64,000 bases of DNA from an uncultured Bacteroidales bacterium (lineage in GTDB: Bacteria; Bacteroidota; Bacteroidia; Bacteroidales; UBA10428), in assembly GCA_964503885.1 (NCBI GenBank), contig CAZDCD010000008.1:82088-146087 (forward strand), written 5' to 3'. Made by a program: the position numbers and the translations under genes. The notes under the pieces were generated by a model. It did not search any database. It had not been told where the DNA came from and saw nothing but the letters and a program-made list of their open reading frames with translations. Position 1 is the first letter of the stretch. Each line of letters begins with the position of its first letter. This document shows positions 30,072 through 40,919 of the stretch, piece by piece.

Positions 30072-31778
30072 ATGGAATCGGCAGAGAATAGTAAACCCCT
30101 GAATTTTATAGAGGAAATTATTGAGGCAAACCTGAAGACCGGAAAGCACGGGCGTAATATTTTAACACGTTTTCCACCTGAACCAAACGGATACCTGCAT
30201 ATCGGCCATGCCAAGTCGATATGCCTGAATTTCGGTATGGCACTTAAGTACAACGGGAAATGCAATTTACGGTTTGATGATACCAACCCGGTTACCGAAG
30301 AAATAGAATATGTAGAATCCATCAAAAACGATATCCGCTGGCTCGGTTTCGATTGGGAAGGCCGTGAATTCTATGCCTCGGATTATTTTGAGCAGCTTTA
30401 TCAGTGGGCAGTCCTTTTAATCAAAAAAGGACTGGCATATGTTGATGATTGCAGTGCCGATGAGGCTTCGGTCATGAGAGGCGGTCCGACCCAGCCGGGA
30501 AAAGAAAGTCCTTACAGAAAGCGTACACCCGAAGAGAATACCGACCTGTTCGAACAGATGAAAAACGGAAAGTTCCCTGACGGCGCCAAGGTTCTCAGGG
30601 CAAAGATAGATATGGCATCACCCAATATGCATATGCGTGATCCTGTAATGTACAGGATTAAACATGCGCAGCACCACAGGACAGGTAACAAATGGTGCAT
30701 TTACCCGATGTATGACTATGCACATGGCCAGTCTGACTTTATCGAAGGGATCACACACTCATTCTGTACCCTGGAATTTGAGGTGCACAGACCGTTATAC
30801 GACTGGTTCCTGGATAATATTATCGACGATGAGAAGGTTAACAAAAGCAGAACCAGGCAATATGAATTTGCCCGTCTGAACCTCAATTATACCGTTATGA
30901 GCAAACGTATGCTCCTGAAACTGGTTAAAGAAAAATATGTGAACGGGTGGGATGATCCCCGTATGCCAACCATCTCGGGTTTACGCAGACGCGGATATAC
31001 TCCCGATTCTATTAGAAATTTTGCCGACAGGGTAGGAGTGGCCAAACGTGAAAACGTGATTGATATGGGACTGCTTGAATTCTGTATTCGTGAAGACCTG
31101 AACAGAAAGGCACAACGAATTATGGGGGTTGTTAATCCGCTTAAAATCATTATTGAAAATTATCCCGAAGGTATGACCGAAGAGCTTGAAGCCATAAATA
31201 ATCCTGAAGATGAAAGCATGGGCGCAAGGAAAATCGTTTTTTCACGCGAGATTTATATTGAACAGGATGACTTTATGGAGGATCCGCCTAAAAAGTTTTT
31301 CAGGCTGTCGCCGGGAACCGAGGTACGTCTCAGGTATGCTTATTTTATCAGGTGCAACAACATTGTCCGGGATACAACCGGTAAAATAACGGAATTGCGC
31401 TGCAGCTATGATCCGGAATCGAAGGGAGGAAAATCACCCGATGGCAGAAAGGTGAAAAGCACTATCCACTGGGTTTCGGTTCAGCATGCAGTTCAGGCAG
31501 AAATAAGGCTTTATGACCGCCTGTTCCTGAATGCTGACCCGACTGCAGTTGCAGAGGAGAAAACATTTCTTGATGACTTAAATCCTGATTCATTGAAAAC
31601 AGTAACGGGGTTTGTTGAACCCTTTGTGAAGGCTGCCCGCCCGCTTCAGAAATTCCAGTTTGAAAGAGTGGGGTATTTTTGTGTTGACCCCGACTCCACT
31701 GAAAAAAAAATAATCTTAAACAGGACAGTTCCTTTGAAAGATACGTGGGCTAAAATTTCGGCAAAGGAAAACCAGTAA
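30072..31778 (+). CDS. glnS: Glutamine--tRNA ligase
   Basis: [17 protein letters not shown] (HIGH), [31 protein letters not shown]. Start set at ATG 30072. Confidence 0.97.
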   Translation: MESAENSKPLNFIEEIIEANLKTGKHGRNILTRFPPEPNGYLHIGHAKSICLNFGMALKYNGKCNLRFDDTNPVTEEIEYVESIKNDIRWLGFDWEGREFYASDYFEQLYQWAVLLIKKGLAYVDDCSADEASVMRGGPTQPGKESPYRKRTPEENTDLFEQMKNGKFPDGAKVLRAKIDMASPNMHMRDPVMYRIKHAQHHRTGNKWCIYPMYDYAHGQSDFIEGITHSFCTLEFEVHRPLYDWFLDNIIDDEKVNKSRTRQYEFARLNLNYTVMSKRMLLKLVKEKYVNGWDDPRMPTISGLRRRGYTPDSIRNFADRVGVAKRENVIDMGLLEFCIREDLNRKAQRIMGVVNPLKIIIENYPEGMTEELEAINNPEDESMGARKIVFSREIYIEQDDFMEDPPKKFFRLSPGTEVRLRYAYFIRCNNIVRDTTGKITELRCSYDPESKGGKSPDGRKVKSTIHWVSVQHAVQAEIRLYDRLFLNADPTAVAEEKTFLDDLNPDSLKTVTGFVEPFVKAARPLQKFQFERVGYFCVDPDSTEKKIILNRTVPLKDTWAKISAKENQ

Positions 31779-31797
31779 AAACTACAGAGAAACAGTC

Positions 31798-33033
31798 ATG
31801 CTTTTTGTTTATTACCTGGGAATCAGAATATATTACCTGGCCATCTGTATCGCATCAGCTTTTAACGGTAAAGCCCGGCAATGGTTATCAGGGCGTAAAG
31901 GTCTTTTTCAGCTGGTAAAACAACGCATGACACCGCATGAAAAAATTCTATGGTTTCATGTGGCCTCACTTGGTGAATTCGAACAGGGAAGACCTGTTAT
32001 CGAAGCCATCCGCAAAAAACATACGGAATATAAAATCCTGATCACCTTTTTTTCACCATCGGGTTATGAAATACGAAAAAACTATGCAGGGGCTGATTAT
32101 GTCTTCTATCTTCCGCTTGACACATTGAGAAATGCGAGGAAATTCGTGGAGCTGCTGCAACCCGAAAAGGTTTTTTTTGTAAAATATGAATTCTGGTTTA
32201 ATTTCCTCAGGGTTCTGCATCAAAAAAAAATACCGGTATACCTGATCTCGGGAATATTCCGTAAAAATCACTTGTTTTTCAGATGGTATGGCAAAGGTTA
32301 CGGCAACATATTGGGTTTTTTTACCCATTTTTATGTCCAGAACAGGGAATCCTATCAGTTACTCACAGAAAGAGGATTTAATAATGTCACCCTATCGGGC
32401 GATACCCGTTTCGACCGGGTAACGCAGATTGCCTCGGATGCACGGGAGACCGGAATAGCAGAACGGTTTGTGAAAGGATCGCCTGTAGTCATTTGCGGCA
32501 GTACATGGGATCGGGATGAGGAATTGCTGATGCAATATATCAACGATTGCGATGAACAGGTAAAATTCATTATTGCCCCGCATGAAATTCACGAATCACA
32601 TATCCTTAATATTGTTGCGGGTTTGAAAATTACCCCGGTCAGATATTCGCAGGCGGATTCACAACCCCTTGAGGGAAGAAGGGTTTTGATCATTGATAAT
32701 ATTGGTTTGCTTTCCACATTGTATAAATATGGAGATATCGCATATATTGGCGGCGGCTTTGGTGCCGGCATTCACAATATTCTTGAAGCGGCAGCATTCG
32801 GACTTCCTATAGTTTTCGGGCCAAATTACCGGAAATTTACGGAAGCATACGATCTTATCGGTATGAAAGGGGCGTTCAGCATAAGCACATTTCCGGAACT
32901 CCGGAAAATCCTGGATTTATTATTAAAAAGCCGGCAGGAAAAGGAAAAAGCTGGAAGAACTGCACAAAAATATGTGGCTGAACATCAGGGTGCAACATCC
33001 AAAATACTGCGTGACCTTTTTAATGCAACTTAA
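31798..33033 (+). CDS. waaA: 3-deoxy-D-manno-octulosonic acid (Kdo) transferase
   Basis: WFHVASLGEFEQG, TFFSPSGY, YLPLD, KYEFW, GDTRFDRV, GIHNILEAA. Confidence 0.95.
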   Translation: MLFVYYLGIRIYYLAICIASAFNGKARQWLSGRKGLFQLVKQRMTPHEKILWFHVASLGEFEQGRPVIEAIRKKHTEYKILITFFSPSGYEIRKNYAGADYVFYLPLDTLRNARKFVELLQPEKVFFVKYEFWFNFLRVLHQKKIPVYLISGIFRKNHLFFRWYGKGYGNILGFFTHFYVQNRESYQLLTERGFNNVTLSGDTRFDRVTQIASDARETGIAERFVKGSPVVICGSTWDRDEELLMQYINDCDEQVKFIIAPHEIHESHILNIVAGLKITPVRYSQADSQPLEGRRVLIIDNIGLLSTLYKYGDIAYIGGGFGAGIHNILEAAAFGLPIVFGPNYRKFTEAYDLIGMKGAFSISTFPELRKILDLLLKSRQEKEKAGRTAQKYVAEHQGATSKILRDLFNAT

Positions 33034-33082
33034 TACAGCAACGTTGTAAATAACCTCTTAACCATTTAAAATACAATTAGAA

Positions 33083-33508
33083 ATGAATGCAATTGTCGTA
33101 TACCACAGCAGAACAGGCATTACACAAAAGTATGGAAATGAAATCCATGATTTTTTAAAAAACAATAACCTGACATCTAAGGTATTGCCGATAACCGAAG
33201 TGAAACCGGCAGATGTGGAAGAAGCCGAGATTGTACTTCTGGGTTGCTGGACCAGCGGTCTGTTTTTTTTCCTGCAGCATCCCGATAAAATCTGGAAGAA
33301 GCATGCCCTCGAATTGCCTGACATGAAAAACAAAAAAGTTGGGTATTTCACAACTTATAAAACAGCTGCCGGGAGCATGTTTAAAAACATGAGCAGGGTA
33401 GTAGCCGGAAAACTATCAGGGCCTGTTAACCTAATGCTTAAATCGAGAAACGGAAGTCTTTCTGAGGAAAATAAAAAGCTTTTGAATGAATTTATTGGAA
33501 TTGCCTAG
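33083..33508 (+). CDS. Flavodoxin-like protein
   Basis: VYHSRTGITQK FMN phosphate loop, LLGCWT, VGYFTT. Confidence 0.75.
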   Translation: MNAIVVYHSRTGITQKYGNEIHDFLKNNNLTSKVLPITEVKPADVEEAEIVLLGCWTSGLFFFLQHPDKIWKKHALELPDMKNKKVGYFTTYKTAAGSMFKNMSRVVAGKLSGPVNLMLKSRNGSLSEENKKLLNEFIGIA

Positions 33509-33537
33509 GTCGTGCAGGATAAAAGTACTTTGTGTTC

Positions 33538-34290
33538 TTATTTGAAGCCATATCCCAGTCCGGCCTTAATCCTCAATCCCAACTGATAATAGTTTCTCCG
33601 AAAATCCATATCATAGTAATATCCCGCATATGGTGCGAAATCAACAAATAGCCATTTATTGATACGGGTATTTATTCCCCAGGATAAAGCAAATCCCGGA
33701 TAGAAGCTCAGATTATTATCTGAAGCAGGATTAATAGTTATGCTGTCGGTTAGGCTTTTAAGCTTCATGGAATGGAACCTTAATCCTGATAACGACAAAC
33801 CTATGTAACTCCCGTTGAAATTGTTTGCACTGATCTTGTTCCTGATTTCTGTTTTTTTACCATAGAAATATCTGAAAATAAGATTGGTGCTTGTAGTAAA
33901 GGAGTTATAGTAATCACCATTTTTTTGAAAAGAAAAGCTATTGGTTAATCCTGCAGACCAACAAGGATTTATCTTATGTTCAAAACTTAAACCGCTGGAG
34001 ATCAGAAAAACAGAATTTATCTTATCGGTAACTAATCGATACACATCATTATTCAAACCATAAATATAGCTTAAACCTATGAAATCGAGAGTTAACAGAT
34101 TTTTTTCTTCCACAAGGTTGTTGTTCAAATATTTATATTTCAACTTGTAGGTATAACCTGAAGAATCTACCGACACCTGGGTATATTCGAAAATTACCGT
34201 ATCATTTTGTGCTGACAAATTGCATAATATACTGCTGTTCATTATCAGGATTCCTGCTATGAAATAAATGTTGTATAGTTTCCTTTTCAT
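33538..34290 (-). CDS. Putative outer-membrane beta-barrel protein (DUF3575-like)
   Basis: Signal peptide, alternating aromatic/Gly beta-strand pattern, C-terminal LGLRIKAGLGYGF. ATG at 34290 overlaps the upstream stop. Confidence 0.6.
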   Translation of the reverse strand: MKRKLYNIYFIAGILIMNSSILCNLSAQNDTVIFEYTQVSVDSSGYTYKLKYKYLNNNLVEEKNLLTLDFIGLSYIYGLNNDVYRLVTDKINSVFLISSGLSFEHKINPCWSAGLTNSFSFQKNGDYYNSFTTSTNLIFRYFYGKKTEIRNKISANNFNGSYIGLSLSGLRFHSMKLKSLTDSITINPASDNNLSFYPGFALSWGINTRINKWLFVDFAPYAGYYYDMDFRRNYYQLGLRIKAGLGYGFK

Positions 34291-35186
34291 TTGTTGATTG
34301 AATTTATAGTAATTGGACAATATGATGTTTCAATAGTCATCGATGGATTTGACGGACTGAATGTAAGATAAAACCTTTGAATTTTAGATTCTCTGATTAT
34401 TTTCCCGGAATAATTACCAGGAAGATTTAACGAAGAATTTTGGGTTAACAGGGAATACGAATATTTGTCGAAACGGTCAACATTAATCGCTATTTCTGTT
34501 CTTGATGATTTAATCGTAAGTTTTTTCAGGTATATACCGGGATTAAAAGCAATATTCCCATAACTTGAAGTTATATCTACCGTATTGGAAATAACGCTGA
34601 AGTACAACTCAGAATTATCAGCTTTACATACAATTTTTGCATCACAACCTGAAAGTCGTGAGTCTGCATAATATGCGGTTAAATAAAGGGTGCCTTTAAT
34701 ATTGTTTAAAAAAACTTCACCGAAAGAATTTTTAACTGTACTTTCCTGATTGAGATTACTTATAGTGATATTACCGTAAAGATTTTCTACCTTAACTATG
34801 GATTGTTCAGGGAGATGCACAATGAATTTTACACTAAGATTACTGGTAATTCTGACATTATGCGTGGATAGAAATGAATTCGACAGCATTATTTTGTTGT
34901 CTTTTTTAACTAAAGTATAGTTCATAAATTGGATATCTTTTTCAGCTTTAACTTTTTCGGGATTTTTAGCAATCAGCTGGATCTCTATTTTAACACTATT
35001 ATTCTTCCAGCCTGTTAGAATTATATCCGATTTTTCACCTTTGATCTGTAAATACGGTATTTCGGAAATGGCATATTCTTTACTTATGATCTTTTTCAGC
35101 ACATGAATTTTTTCCTGTGCAAAAATATTTACACCGGTATTCACAAGAGCTGCAGTAATCACCAAATAATTTAAGTAATTTCTCAT
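34287..35186 (-). CDS. Exported beta-strand-repeat protein (DUF4097/adhesin-like)
   Basis: Signal peptide; repeated NxYGNITI / NSFGEV / SSYGNI strands. Confidence 0.62.
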   Translation of the reverse strand: MRNYLNYLVITAALVNTGVNIFAQEKIHVLKKIISKEYAISEIPYLQIKGEKSDIILTGWKNNSVKIEIQLIAKNPEKVKAEKDIQFMNYTLVKKDNKIMLSNSFLSTHNVRITSNLSVKFIVHLPEQSIVKVENLYGNITISNLNQESTVKNSFGEVFLNNIKGTLYLTAYYADSRLSGCDAKIVCKADNSELYFSVISNTVDITSSYGNIAFNPGIYLKKLTIKSSRTEIAINVDRFDKYSYSLLTQNSSLNLPGNYSGKIIRESKIQRFYLTFSPSNPSMTIETSYCPITINSINK

Positions 35187-35782
35187 GACCGTATGGTTTT
35201 GAGTACATCCTTGATCAGGCCTGCTCGCTGATTTTCCATTTTAATCAGTGTCTTGATCAATGAAGAAGACTCTCCGTAATTGAGCATAATATTGTTAATG
35301 CGTCTGATTTCGGCATTCAGTTCATCGATTTTCTGCATTTTAAATGATGTAACAGGATCACTGCAATTATTTGCCGACCGTGCACACCATTTTTGTAGAA
35401 AATCAGCCGGATTATCAACTCCCTGTGTTATTTGACAGGGTTCGGAAACTATATATTCTTCGCTGTAAAGTGTTTTGGTATTTGCCTGATTTTTAAAAAG
35501 GTAGAAAGAAATAATCAGCAATAAAGTTACTGCCGCACTCAGAGAAGTGACGGACAGATAGATTCTTTTTCTTTTTAGCTGAACATGTGGAACTATTCCC
35601 TTTTCAATATTAGCCCATAGATCCGGGCTATAATTTACCCATGTGGATTCTTTTGCTTTTATTTTAAGGGTTTCATCAAAATCAAGCCAATCCGATATTT
35701 TTTCCCACAGATTTTCATCCGGAGTATAGCCATGCAAAGCCTTTCTTACCTGTACAAGTTTAGATTCAAAATTATCTTTCAT
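35183..35782 (-). CDS. Putative membrane anti-sigma factor
   Basis: Overlaps the ECF sigma gene; cytoplasmic PDENLWEKI-type repeats, one transmembrane helix, C-terminal helical domain. Confidence 0.65.
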   Translation of the reverse strand: MKDNFESKLVQVRKALHGYTPDENLWEKISDWLDFDETLKIKAKESTWVNYSPDLWANIEKGIVPHVQLKRKRIYLSVTSLSAAVTLLLIISFYLFKNQANTKTLYSEEYIVSEPCQITQGVDNPADFLQKWCARSANNCSDPVTSFKMQKIDELNAEIRRINNIMLNYGESSSLIKTLIKMENQRAGLIKDVLKTIRS

Positions 35783-36299
35783 ATCCGTACATTTCTTTCA
35801 GATATTTCTTTAGTAGCTTTTTTGCGTAAAAGAGTTGAGATTTTGAAGTTCCATCTGATATTTCAAGCATATTTGCTACTTCTTTATGTTTATACCCCTC
35901 TACCTCAACGAGTAAAAAAATTGTCCTGTTCCCTGTCGGTAAAGAGCTGATTGCCTTATCCAGGTCTTCTGCTGTAAATTCCTGATTGAATTTGGGTTCG
36001 CTTACATGATGGTTGGTTTCTATCAACTCGAATTTTTTTACCGTTTTCAGGTGTCTTATGGTTTTTCTTATAACAATGGTTTTCATCCAGCTATATAGCG
36101 AACTCTCATTTCTGAAATCCTTCAGGTCCCTGAATATTTCAATAAAACTATCCTGAATAATATCATGAGCCTGATCATAATCATTAAGCATCCGAAATGC
36201 AACAGTATACATTGCTTTGGCATACTTATCAAATAATGCTTTTTGGGCTAACCGGTTATTGCTGATGCATTCTCTTATGATCAACCTGTCTTCAGACAT
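35772..36299 (-). CDS. ECF-type RNA polymerase sigma-70 factor
   Basis: AQKALFDKY, DIIQDSFIEIF, SWMKTIV, RTIFLLVEVEGYKHKEVA, GTSKSQL. Confidence 0.93.
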   Translation of the reverse strand: MSEDRLIIRECISNNRLAQKALFDKYAKAMYTVAFRMLNDYDQAHDIIQDSFIEIFRDLKDFRNESSLYSWMKTIVIRKTIRHLKTVKKFELIETNHHVSEPKFNQEFTAEDLDKAISSLPTGNRTIFLLVEVEGYKHKEVANMLEISDGTSKSQLFYAKKLLKKYLKEMYGYER

Positions 36300-36510
36300 T
36301 ACAAAAGCTCTTTTAACAACAGGGTATAATTTTATTAAAAAGGTTGTAAATGAAAGCAGAAATCCGATAAAAAAACCTGATTATGAAGAAAAACTGGTAA
36401 AATAAATGGTATATATTATCGAAAAATAAGAAAGAAGGATAAAAATTAAAAGGTCAAAAGAAAATCAGCAGATTTCGAAGTAACCTCAATTCTGGAGGTT
36501 TCAGTTCAGG

Positions 36511-37701
36511 TTAATCAATTACATTTAATTCTTTCCCGATTTTAATAAAACCGTTTACCGCCTTGTCAAGATGCGTTCTTTCATGGGCAGCAGAGAGCTG
36601 CACTCTTATCCGGGCCTGGTCTTTTGGCACTACAGGGTAAAAGAATCCGGTTACATAAATACCCTCTTCAAGCAGCCTGGCAGCAAATTCCTGTGACAAT
36701 GCCGCATCATAAAGCATGATGGCTACAATAGCCGATTGAGTTGGTTTTATGTCGAAACCGGCATGCTGCATTTTTCCTGTGAAGTATGCTGTATTTTCAT
36801 GAAGCTTTTCCTGCAGCTCAGTAGTTTGGTTCATCATTTCAAACATCCTGATCCCTGCATTTACTACCATTGGAGGAAGGGAATTTGAAAACAGGTAAGG
36901 TCGTGATCGCTGACGCAACATTTCGATGATTTCCCGGCGCCCGGTGGTAAATCCTCCAATTGCTCCGCCAAATGCTTTACCCAGAGTGCCGGTAATGATA
37001 TCCACTTTACCCCGCACATTGAAGAGCTCGGTAACCCCCCTGCCGGTTTTTCCGACTACTCCGGCAGAATGGCTTTCATCAATCATCACCAGGGTTTCGT
37101 ATTTTTCAGCCAGTTCAACGATTCTGCTGACCGGTGCAACATTGCCGTCCATTGAAAATACGCCGTCGCTGACTATAATCCTGAAACGCTGATCCCGCGA
37201 TTCCTTTAGCTTCTCCTCCAGGTCGCCCATATCGGCATTTTCATACCTGAATCGTTTGGCTTTGCAGAGCCTCACCCCATCAATGATCGATGCATGGTTC
37301 AACGCATCAGAAATGATTGCATCCTCTTCTCCGAGCAAAGGTTCAAACAGTCCCCCGTTTGCGTCAAAGCAGGCGGCATACAAAATAGAATCTTCCGTAC
37401 CGAAAAATGCAGCAGTCATCTTCTCCAGTTTTTTATGCAGGTCGCTAGTACCGCAGATAAATCGTACCGATGACATGCCGTATCCATGTGAAGCCAGTGC
37501 TTCTTTAGCGGCTTCAACCAGAATAGCGGATGATGATAAACCCAGGTAGTTATTGGCGCAAAAATTAAGTACCTCTTTGCCATCTGCCAGAGTAATCTGT
37601 GCTCCCTGTGCAGAAGTAATGATCCTTTCGTTTTTAAACAAACCGGCATTTTTTATTTCTGCCAGCTGATCGATAAGATGTGGTTTCATGTTGTCAAACA
37701 T
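36511..37701 (-). CDS. kbl: Glycine C-acetyltransferase (2-amino-3-ketobutyrate CoA ligase)
   Basis: FCANNYLGL, SSVRFICGT, LNHASIIDG, GTLGKA (PLP Lys), RPYLFSNS, ARIRVQLSA. Confidence 0.96.
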   Translation of the reverse strand: MFDNMKPHLIDQLAEIKNAGLFKNERIITSAQGAQITLADGKEVLNFCANNYLGLSSSAILVEAAKEALASHGYGMSSVRFICGTSDLHKKLEKMTAAFFGTEDSILYAACFDANGGLFEPLLGEEDAIISDALNHASIIDGVRLCKAKRFRYENADMGDLEEKLKESRDQRFRIIVSDGVFSMDGNVAPVSRIVELAEKYETLVMIDESHSAGVVGKTGRGVTELFNVRGKVDIITGTLGKAFGGAIGGFTTGRREIIEMLRQRSRPYLFSNSLPPMVVNAGIRMFEMMNQTTELQEKLHENTAYFTGKMQHAGFDIKPTQSAIVAIMLYDAALSQEFAARLLEEGIYVTGFFYPVVPKDQARIRVQLSAAHERTHLDKAVNGFIKIGKELNVID

Positions 37702-37839
37702 AGCTTTCGGTATTCATGTCAATCTGTATCATGCAATGGTTTCCTTATATATATTAATAAAACCCCTGTCCGGTTTATCGGATGAATACTCCGGAAAGGG
37801 TTAATCGTTGAACAGTTTTCATTGCGGCAATACGGTTTT

Positions 37840-38790
37840 TTATTCACTTTTGGCTTTTATTCCCGCAATCATTGTATTCGTAATTTTTTTCAGATCATAT
37901 TCCGGCTTCCAGTGATCATGCCGGCGTGCAATGTTGTCATCCACACTTTCCGGCCATGTTTCGGCAATATTTTGCCTGAAATCAGGCTCATAAGCTATAG
38001 TAAATGAGGGGATATGCCTTTTAATGTCTTCTGTCGCTTCTTCGGGACTCAGGCTGAGCCCTGCGATATTATATGCCGAATGCAGACTGATCTCAGCACG
38101 TTCGAGTTCCATAAGGTTTATGGTAGCTTTAATGGCATCGGTCATATACATCATGGGTAACCTGGTACCGGCTTTGAGAAAACATGTATATTTCCCTTTT
38201 CTAACAGCTTCGTTATAAATTTCAACCGCCCAGTCGGTAGTACCGCCGCCCGGTTCGGTTTTATAACTGATGAGACCCGGGTACCGGAGGCTTCTGACAT
38301 CCACATTATACCGCTTAAAATAATATTCGCACCAGCGTTCGCCTGCAAGTTTGCTTATACCATAAACGGTTCCCGGTTCCATGACGGTAGTCTGAGGTGC
38401 CATAATACGTGGTGTGGTGGGACCAAATACAGCAATTGAACTGGGCCAGAAAACTTTTTTTATGTCCTCAACGAGCTTGGCGATTTCGAGAATGTTCATC
38501 AGGCTTTCCATGTTGATATGCCAGGCGGCGTTTGGCAGCTTTTCGGCATTGCCTGAAAGTACGGCGGCAAGATGATAGATCTGGGTAATTTTATGGCGGA
38601 TCACAAAATGAATGAGGTGTTTGTCATCCATTACATCCAGCAATTGAAACGGACCGCCTTCACGGATATCCGGAGGTGCATCTTTTATGTCGGTGGCAAA
38701 AACACGACTGTTGCCATAAATTTTCCTGAGTTCAAGGGTGAGTTCGGAACCAATTTGTCCGGCTGCTCCGATGATGAGTATGTTATCCAT
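37840..38790 (-). CDS. SDR-type NAD-dependent epimerase/dehydratase, probable L-threonine 3-dehydrogenase
   Basis: GAAGQIG, HLAAVLS, PSSIAVFG, YGISK, GGGTTD; co-oriented upstream of kbl. Confidence 0.88.
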   Translation of the reverse strand: MDNILIIGAAGQIGSELTLELRKIYGNSRVFATDIKDAPPDIREGGPFQLLDVMDDKHLIHFVIRHKITQIYHLAAVLSGNAEKLPNAAWHINMESLMNILEIAKLVEDIKKVFWPSSIAVFGPTTPRIMAPQTTVMEPGTVYGISKLAGERWCEYYFKRYNVDVRSLRYPGLISYKTEPGGGTTDWAVEIYNEAVRKGKYTCFLKAGTRLPMMYMTDAIKATINLMELERAEISLHSAYNIAGLSLSPEEATEDIKRHIPSFTIAYEPDFRQNIAETWPESVDDNIARRHDHWKPEYDLKKITNTMIAGIKAKSE

Positions 38791-38935
38791 TCTTTATACC
38801 GAATTACGAGTAAGCGAAATTAACGCATATCAGGGAGTGAAAAAATGATATTCAACAGAAGAATTGTGATCGTTATTTTGCGAAGAAGTTAAATGCTATC
38901 AGGGCATGCCACCAGATTTTCAGTGAACCGATTTT

Positions 38936-40045
38936 TTAGCCTATCTTCTTGTACACTTTCCCGGGCAGACATCTGATAAGTCCGTTAAATTCAAGATTAA
39001 TTAAGATGTAAGCGATCTTGCTCACCGGCAGATTGCATTGAATGGCGATCTGATCTATGGTCAGGTCGTTTTTCACTGCAAGCGCATCCACCACCATTTT
39101 TTCATCTTCGGATAATTCAATGAAGAGTATTGATTGAGCAGGTGCTGATTTACTGTCAATCTGCCAGCCCATGATATATTCGAGGTCGGTCACATCCTCA
39201 ATCAGGGCTGCTTTATTTGTTTTGATAAGTTTATTACAACCTGCCGAGTATTTGTCTTTTATCCTGCCCGGGAATGCAAATACATCACGGTTGTAAGAAT
39301 TGGCCAGGTCGGCGGTAATGAGCGCTCCCCCTTTTTCACCTGATTCAACAACCACGGTTGCATCGCACAAACCCGCGATTATGCGGTTCCGCTTTACAAA
39401 ATTCGGGGGCTCGGGGGTTTCATCATGTAGAAATTCGGAAACTAGAGCCCCGTTTTCTATAATTGATTGGGCTGTGCTTTTATGCAGCGAGGGATACAGT
39501 GAATTTAAGCCATGCCCTAACACGGCAACAGTTTCAAAGTTGTTTTTCAGTGCTGCCTTATGAGCACAAATGTCAATACCATATGCCAATCCACTGACTA
39601 TTACAATATCGTGTCCTCTGGCAGAAAGATTCTCCACGAGGGTGTTGCACATGCGGCGCCCGTATTCGGTAGCACTTCGGGTCCCCACTATACCAATGAC
39701 TTTGGGACAATTGAAACGCGCATTTCCTTCTTCGTAAAGCACAACCGGCGCATCTTCACATTGTTTCAACCGGTGCGGATAGTTGTCATCGAGGTAAAAA
39801 AGTGTGCGAATGGCACTTCGTTCTAAATATTCAATTTCCCGGTCGGCCTTGTCGAGCATAATGTCCGGATTGAGGTTGCCGATCAGTTTTTCTCCGATTC
39901 CCGGTATTTTCAACAGGTTTTTCTTTTTTTCATGAAATACCCCCTCCAGTCCGCCACAATAGGCGATCAACCGTTTTGCAAGAACAGGACCGATTTTAGG
40001 AATTAAACTGATGCCGATTTTATATCTCAATAACGGGTCAGGCAT
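38936..40045 (-). CDS. dprA: DNA-processing protein DprA
   Basis: YPHRL, IVGTR, VSGLAYGID, VLGHG, FVKRNRIIAG, GGALITA, C-terminal winged helix. Start set at ATG 40045. Confidence 0.96.
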   Translation of the reverse strand: MPDPLLRYKIGISLIPKIGPVLAKRLIAYCGGLEGVFHEKKKNLLKIPGIGEKLIGNLNPDIMLDKADREIEYLERSAIRTLFYLDDNYPHRLKQCEDAPVVLYEEGNARFNCPKVIGIVGTRSATEYGRRMCNTLVENLSARGHDIVIVSGLAYGIDICAHKAALKNNFETVAVLGHGLNSLYPSLHKSTAQSIIENGALVSEFLHDETPEPPNFVKRNRIIAGLCDATVVVESGEKGGALITADLANSYNRDVFAFPGRIKDKYSAGCNKLIKTNKAALIEDVTDLEYIMGWQIDSKSAPAQSILFIELSEDEKMVVDALAVKNDLTIDQIAIQCNLPVSKIAYILINLEFNGLIRCLPGKVYKKIG

Positions 40046-40052
40046 ATAAAGA

Positions 40053-40919
40053 CTAAGGATTTTCCGATGATTTTTCAATTAACGTGATAATTTTCTCATA
40101 TTGACCGGCAATTTTTTTTCTTTTTCTGGCTATTGCTATTTTTTCTGCATTCTGATACCCCCCCTGGTAATATCTCTGAAACCAGGGTAATACCGATATG
40201 CCTGCATCTATAAACGTATAATGCGCTGCAGTATTGATGAACAAAAAAATCAATCCCCCGGTCAGTAAAAATGAGTTTAGCGCCCCTTTGAAATCTCCGT
40301 ACACCAGTTGCCCGGTTCCGGGAATGATCATACTTAATGTGCGTGCAGTCTTGGGATTGTATCTTTTTGTATATTTTTTAAGATCATCAAATGCCTGCGT
40401 TAATTTTTCAATAGTCTGTGCATCATTTGAATCAATACATGCTTTAAACCAGTTAAGTGACTCATCAAAATCTTCTTTCTGATAGAAGGCGATGCCCAGG
40501 TAAAATGATTTTCTCTTGCGGAAGTAATCATCCTCAGGATTTTTCATGCCATACAATTCTACCAATGCATAATTGTATTGCCCATCCAGCAGATATAACG
40601 AAGAAGTATACAATGAAAGTTCGTGCCTGATGCTGTCGGAAGATGTAAGATTATATGCCATCTTGAGAAATTCTCTCGCTTTGGTAAAATCCGAATTGGA
40701 TACATAACAATAAGCAAGTTTTTCGCAGGCTTCGAATGTATTTGAGCGTATGGTATCGAAGAAAAGCACACGGTGGTAAGCGGCAATGGCCTCGTCAATA
40801 TTTCCCTGGGCCATCTGGGCATTAGCCAGATGCAAAGTCTGCCAGGCATTTTGTGCCTGTGAAACCTGTACTAATAACAGGATTATAATACTATTCAAAA
40901 GAATTGAATACGTCTTCAA
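40053..40919 (-). CDS. TPR protein with C-terminal membrane hairpin (DUF5683/TM2-like)
   Basis: Signal peptide, TPR helices, LSMIIPGTGQLVYG followed by two hydrophobic segments. TTG start. Confidence 0.7.
   Translation of the reverse strand: MKTYSILLNSIIILLLVQVSQAQNAWQTLHLANAQMAQGNIDEAIAAYHRVLFFDTIRSNTFEACEKLAYCYVSNSDFTKAREFLKMAYNLTSSDSIRHELSLYTSSLYLLDGQYNYALVELYGMKNPEDDYFRKRKSFYLGIAFYQKEDFDESLNWFKACIDSNDAQTIEKLTQAFDDLKKYTKRYNPKTARTLSMIIPGTGQLVYGDFKGALNSFLLTGGLIFLFINTAAHYTFIDAGISVLPWFQRYYQGGYQNAEKIAIARKRKKIAGQYEKIITLIEKSSENP

Noticed and set aside
38821-38904. Two TATCAGGG copies 69 bp apart upstream of the threonine dehydrogenase gene; possible riboswitch or operator
   Set aside because: Only an 8-bp match, no glycine or SAM riboswitch core recognised, compatible with chance.
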